DNA of 64,000 bases, from contig OZ316896.1 of assembly GCA_973895155.1 (NCBI GenBank), positions 4,303,595 through 4,367,594 of the forward strand, given 5' to 3'. Shown here in pieces: positions 62,950-64,000 of the stretch. The position numbers and the translations under genes were made by a program. This DNA comes from Marsupella aquatica. Taxonomy: Eukaryota > Plantae > Marchantiophyta. The notes under the pieces were generated by a model that was not told the origin of the DNA, ran no database searches, and saw nothing but the letters and a program-made list of their open reading frames with translations. Each line of letters starts with the position of its first letter. Positions within the stretch are counted from its first letter, which is position 1.

Positions 62950-64000
62950 CTGCCAGTGGAACCGCAATTCCACTAAGCTAAGTGTCAGGGCCGCCTCCTG
63001 GTCCTGATCCTAATCCTAAACTTGGAGATCAGCGCCCGCCCTACCCACTCATGCCTCCTACCTCCACGTCCGCCCTTCCTAAAAGGAACGGCGCCCTTGC
63101 ACCGTCACGACACCGGTGGTGGATCCTCAATGGACGCCCCCAACGCTTCCTCCTCAGCCACTGCCGTAGGTCCGTCCTCTGACAGATTACCTGCCTCTGA
63201 CCGAGTCAACTTTTCATCGGCCTGACTGGTCCCACCCTCGGCTTCGGCATTGGCTCAGGAATCATTCTCGGCTACGGCCTCAGCTTCGGCCACTGTCTCC
63301 CCGGCCTGCTCAAGAGGTGGATCTGAGATACCGGTCTCATTACTGAGTAGTTCGGCTTGGGCCGCGTCATCCCCACCTTTGGTGATAGCAGAATCTATTG
63401 CCGTGTTCATGCCGGAGGTTGGTGCCGGTTTGAGTACGGCTTGAGGGGTTGAATAACCTCCGAACCCCGAAGGTTTCTGCTTCTTCTTCTTCACTATCTC
63501 CACAACTGTTTCCTTCCCTTTGCCGCCAACGTCCGGCACCGGGCCGTGTGTCACGGCTGGTCCTTCGGCAATTACCACCCCTGGTAACTGGTTTACCCCA
63601 ACGGGAGATGGACCTGATGCAGCTAAGCATTTAAATACTGCGGCTTGTTTCTTCAGCCGCTCAGTTTGGTTGTCGGCCCGCCGCTGTAGGTTCTCCATCT
63701 TCCTCGTGTTTTCCTCCAACTCCTCCTGGGTCTCATCCAGGTCCTTACGTGCCTCCTCCAGCTCGTTTTTGGCTTCCTCCAATTCCCTGTGGGCTTCCTC
63801 CAATTCCTTCTTGGTGGTAGCCCTCTCCTCCTGGGTTGCTCTTAGCTCCTTGTCGAGCTCCGCTACGACCTCAGACTCCATGTTATTCATCTTGGCATAA
63901 GTCTGGTCGAGCTGGGTGTCCTTCTCCCGCAGGTCGGCCTTGAAGCTGGCCGTCAGGGACGCAAGCTCCTGCTGTAGAGCAATAATCCCTTGATAGGATT
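62950..64000 (-). pseudogene. Coiled-coil/acidic ORF of probable transposon origin, open to the right window edge
   Basis: The frame is open from 64000 through ORF 63890-63255 (heptad ELEEA repeats, GGKGKETV) and continues in frame past TGA codons with similar acidic composition. No catalytic motif in the window. Confidence 0.45.

Overview
Eukaryotic land-plant DNA, probably a bryophyte such as a liverwort (inferred from gene style, not proven). It contains three recognisable host genes in a matrix of nested, mostly decayed transposons. (1) An intronless RR-TZF (tandem CCCH zinc finger) gene at 17465-19549 (+), with several uORFs and a probable 3'UTR intron. (2) A 12-exon PRP39 U1 snRNP gene at 42088-35325 (-), with a candidate poison exon and a last exon that is 1 nt out of frame. 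(3) A divergently transcribed SWSAP1-like (Shu complex, RAD51-paralog-like ATPase) gene at 46485/46624-49079 (+), whose 44-nt exon 3 is tandemly duplicated so that only mutually exclusive splicing keeps the frame. Mobile DNA: a full-length Ty1/copia with both LTRs, PBS, PPT and TSD nested in a PIF/Harbinger element; a solo LTR of that family nested in a long-TIR Mutator element; an older copia interrupted by a TPRT-type insertion; a non-autonomous Helitron and a TIR element filling the PRP39/SWSAP1 intergenic region; MITEs, LINE remnants and several tandem repeats. I found no prokaryote-type system (no CRISPR, no tRNA/rRNA). The best leads are post-transcriptional regulatory architectures. All family assignments come from motif recognition by eye, not database searches.
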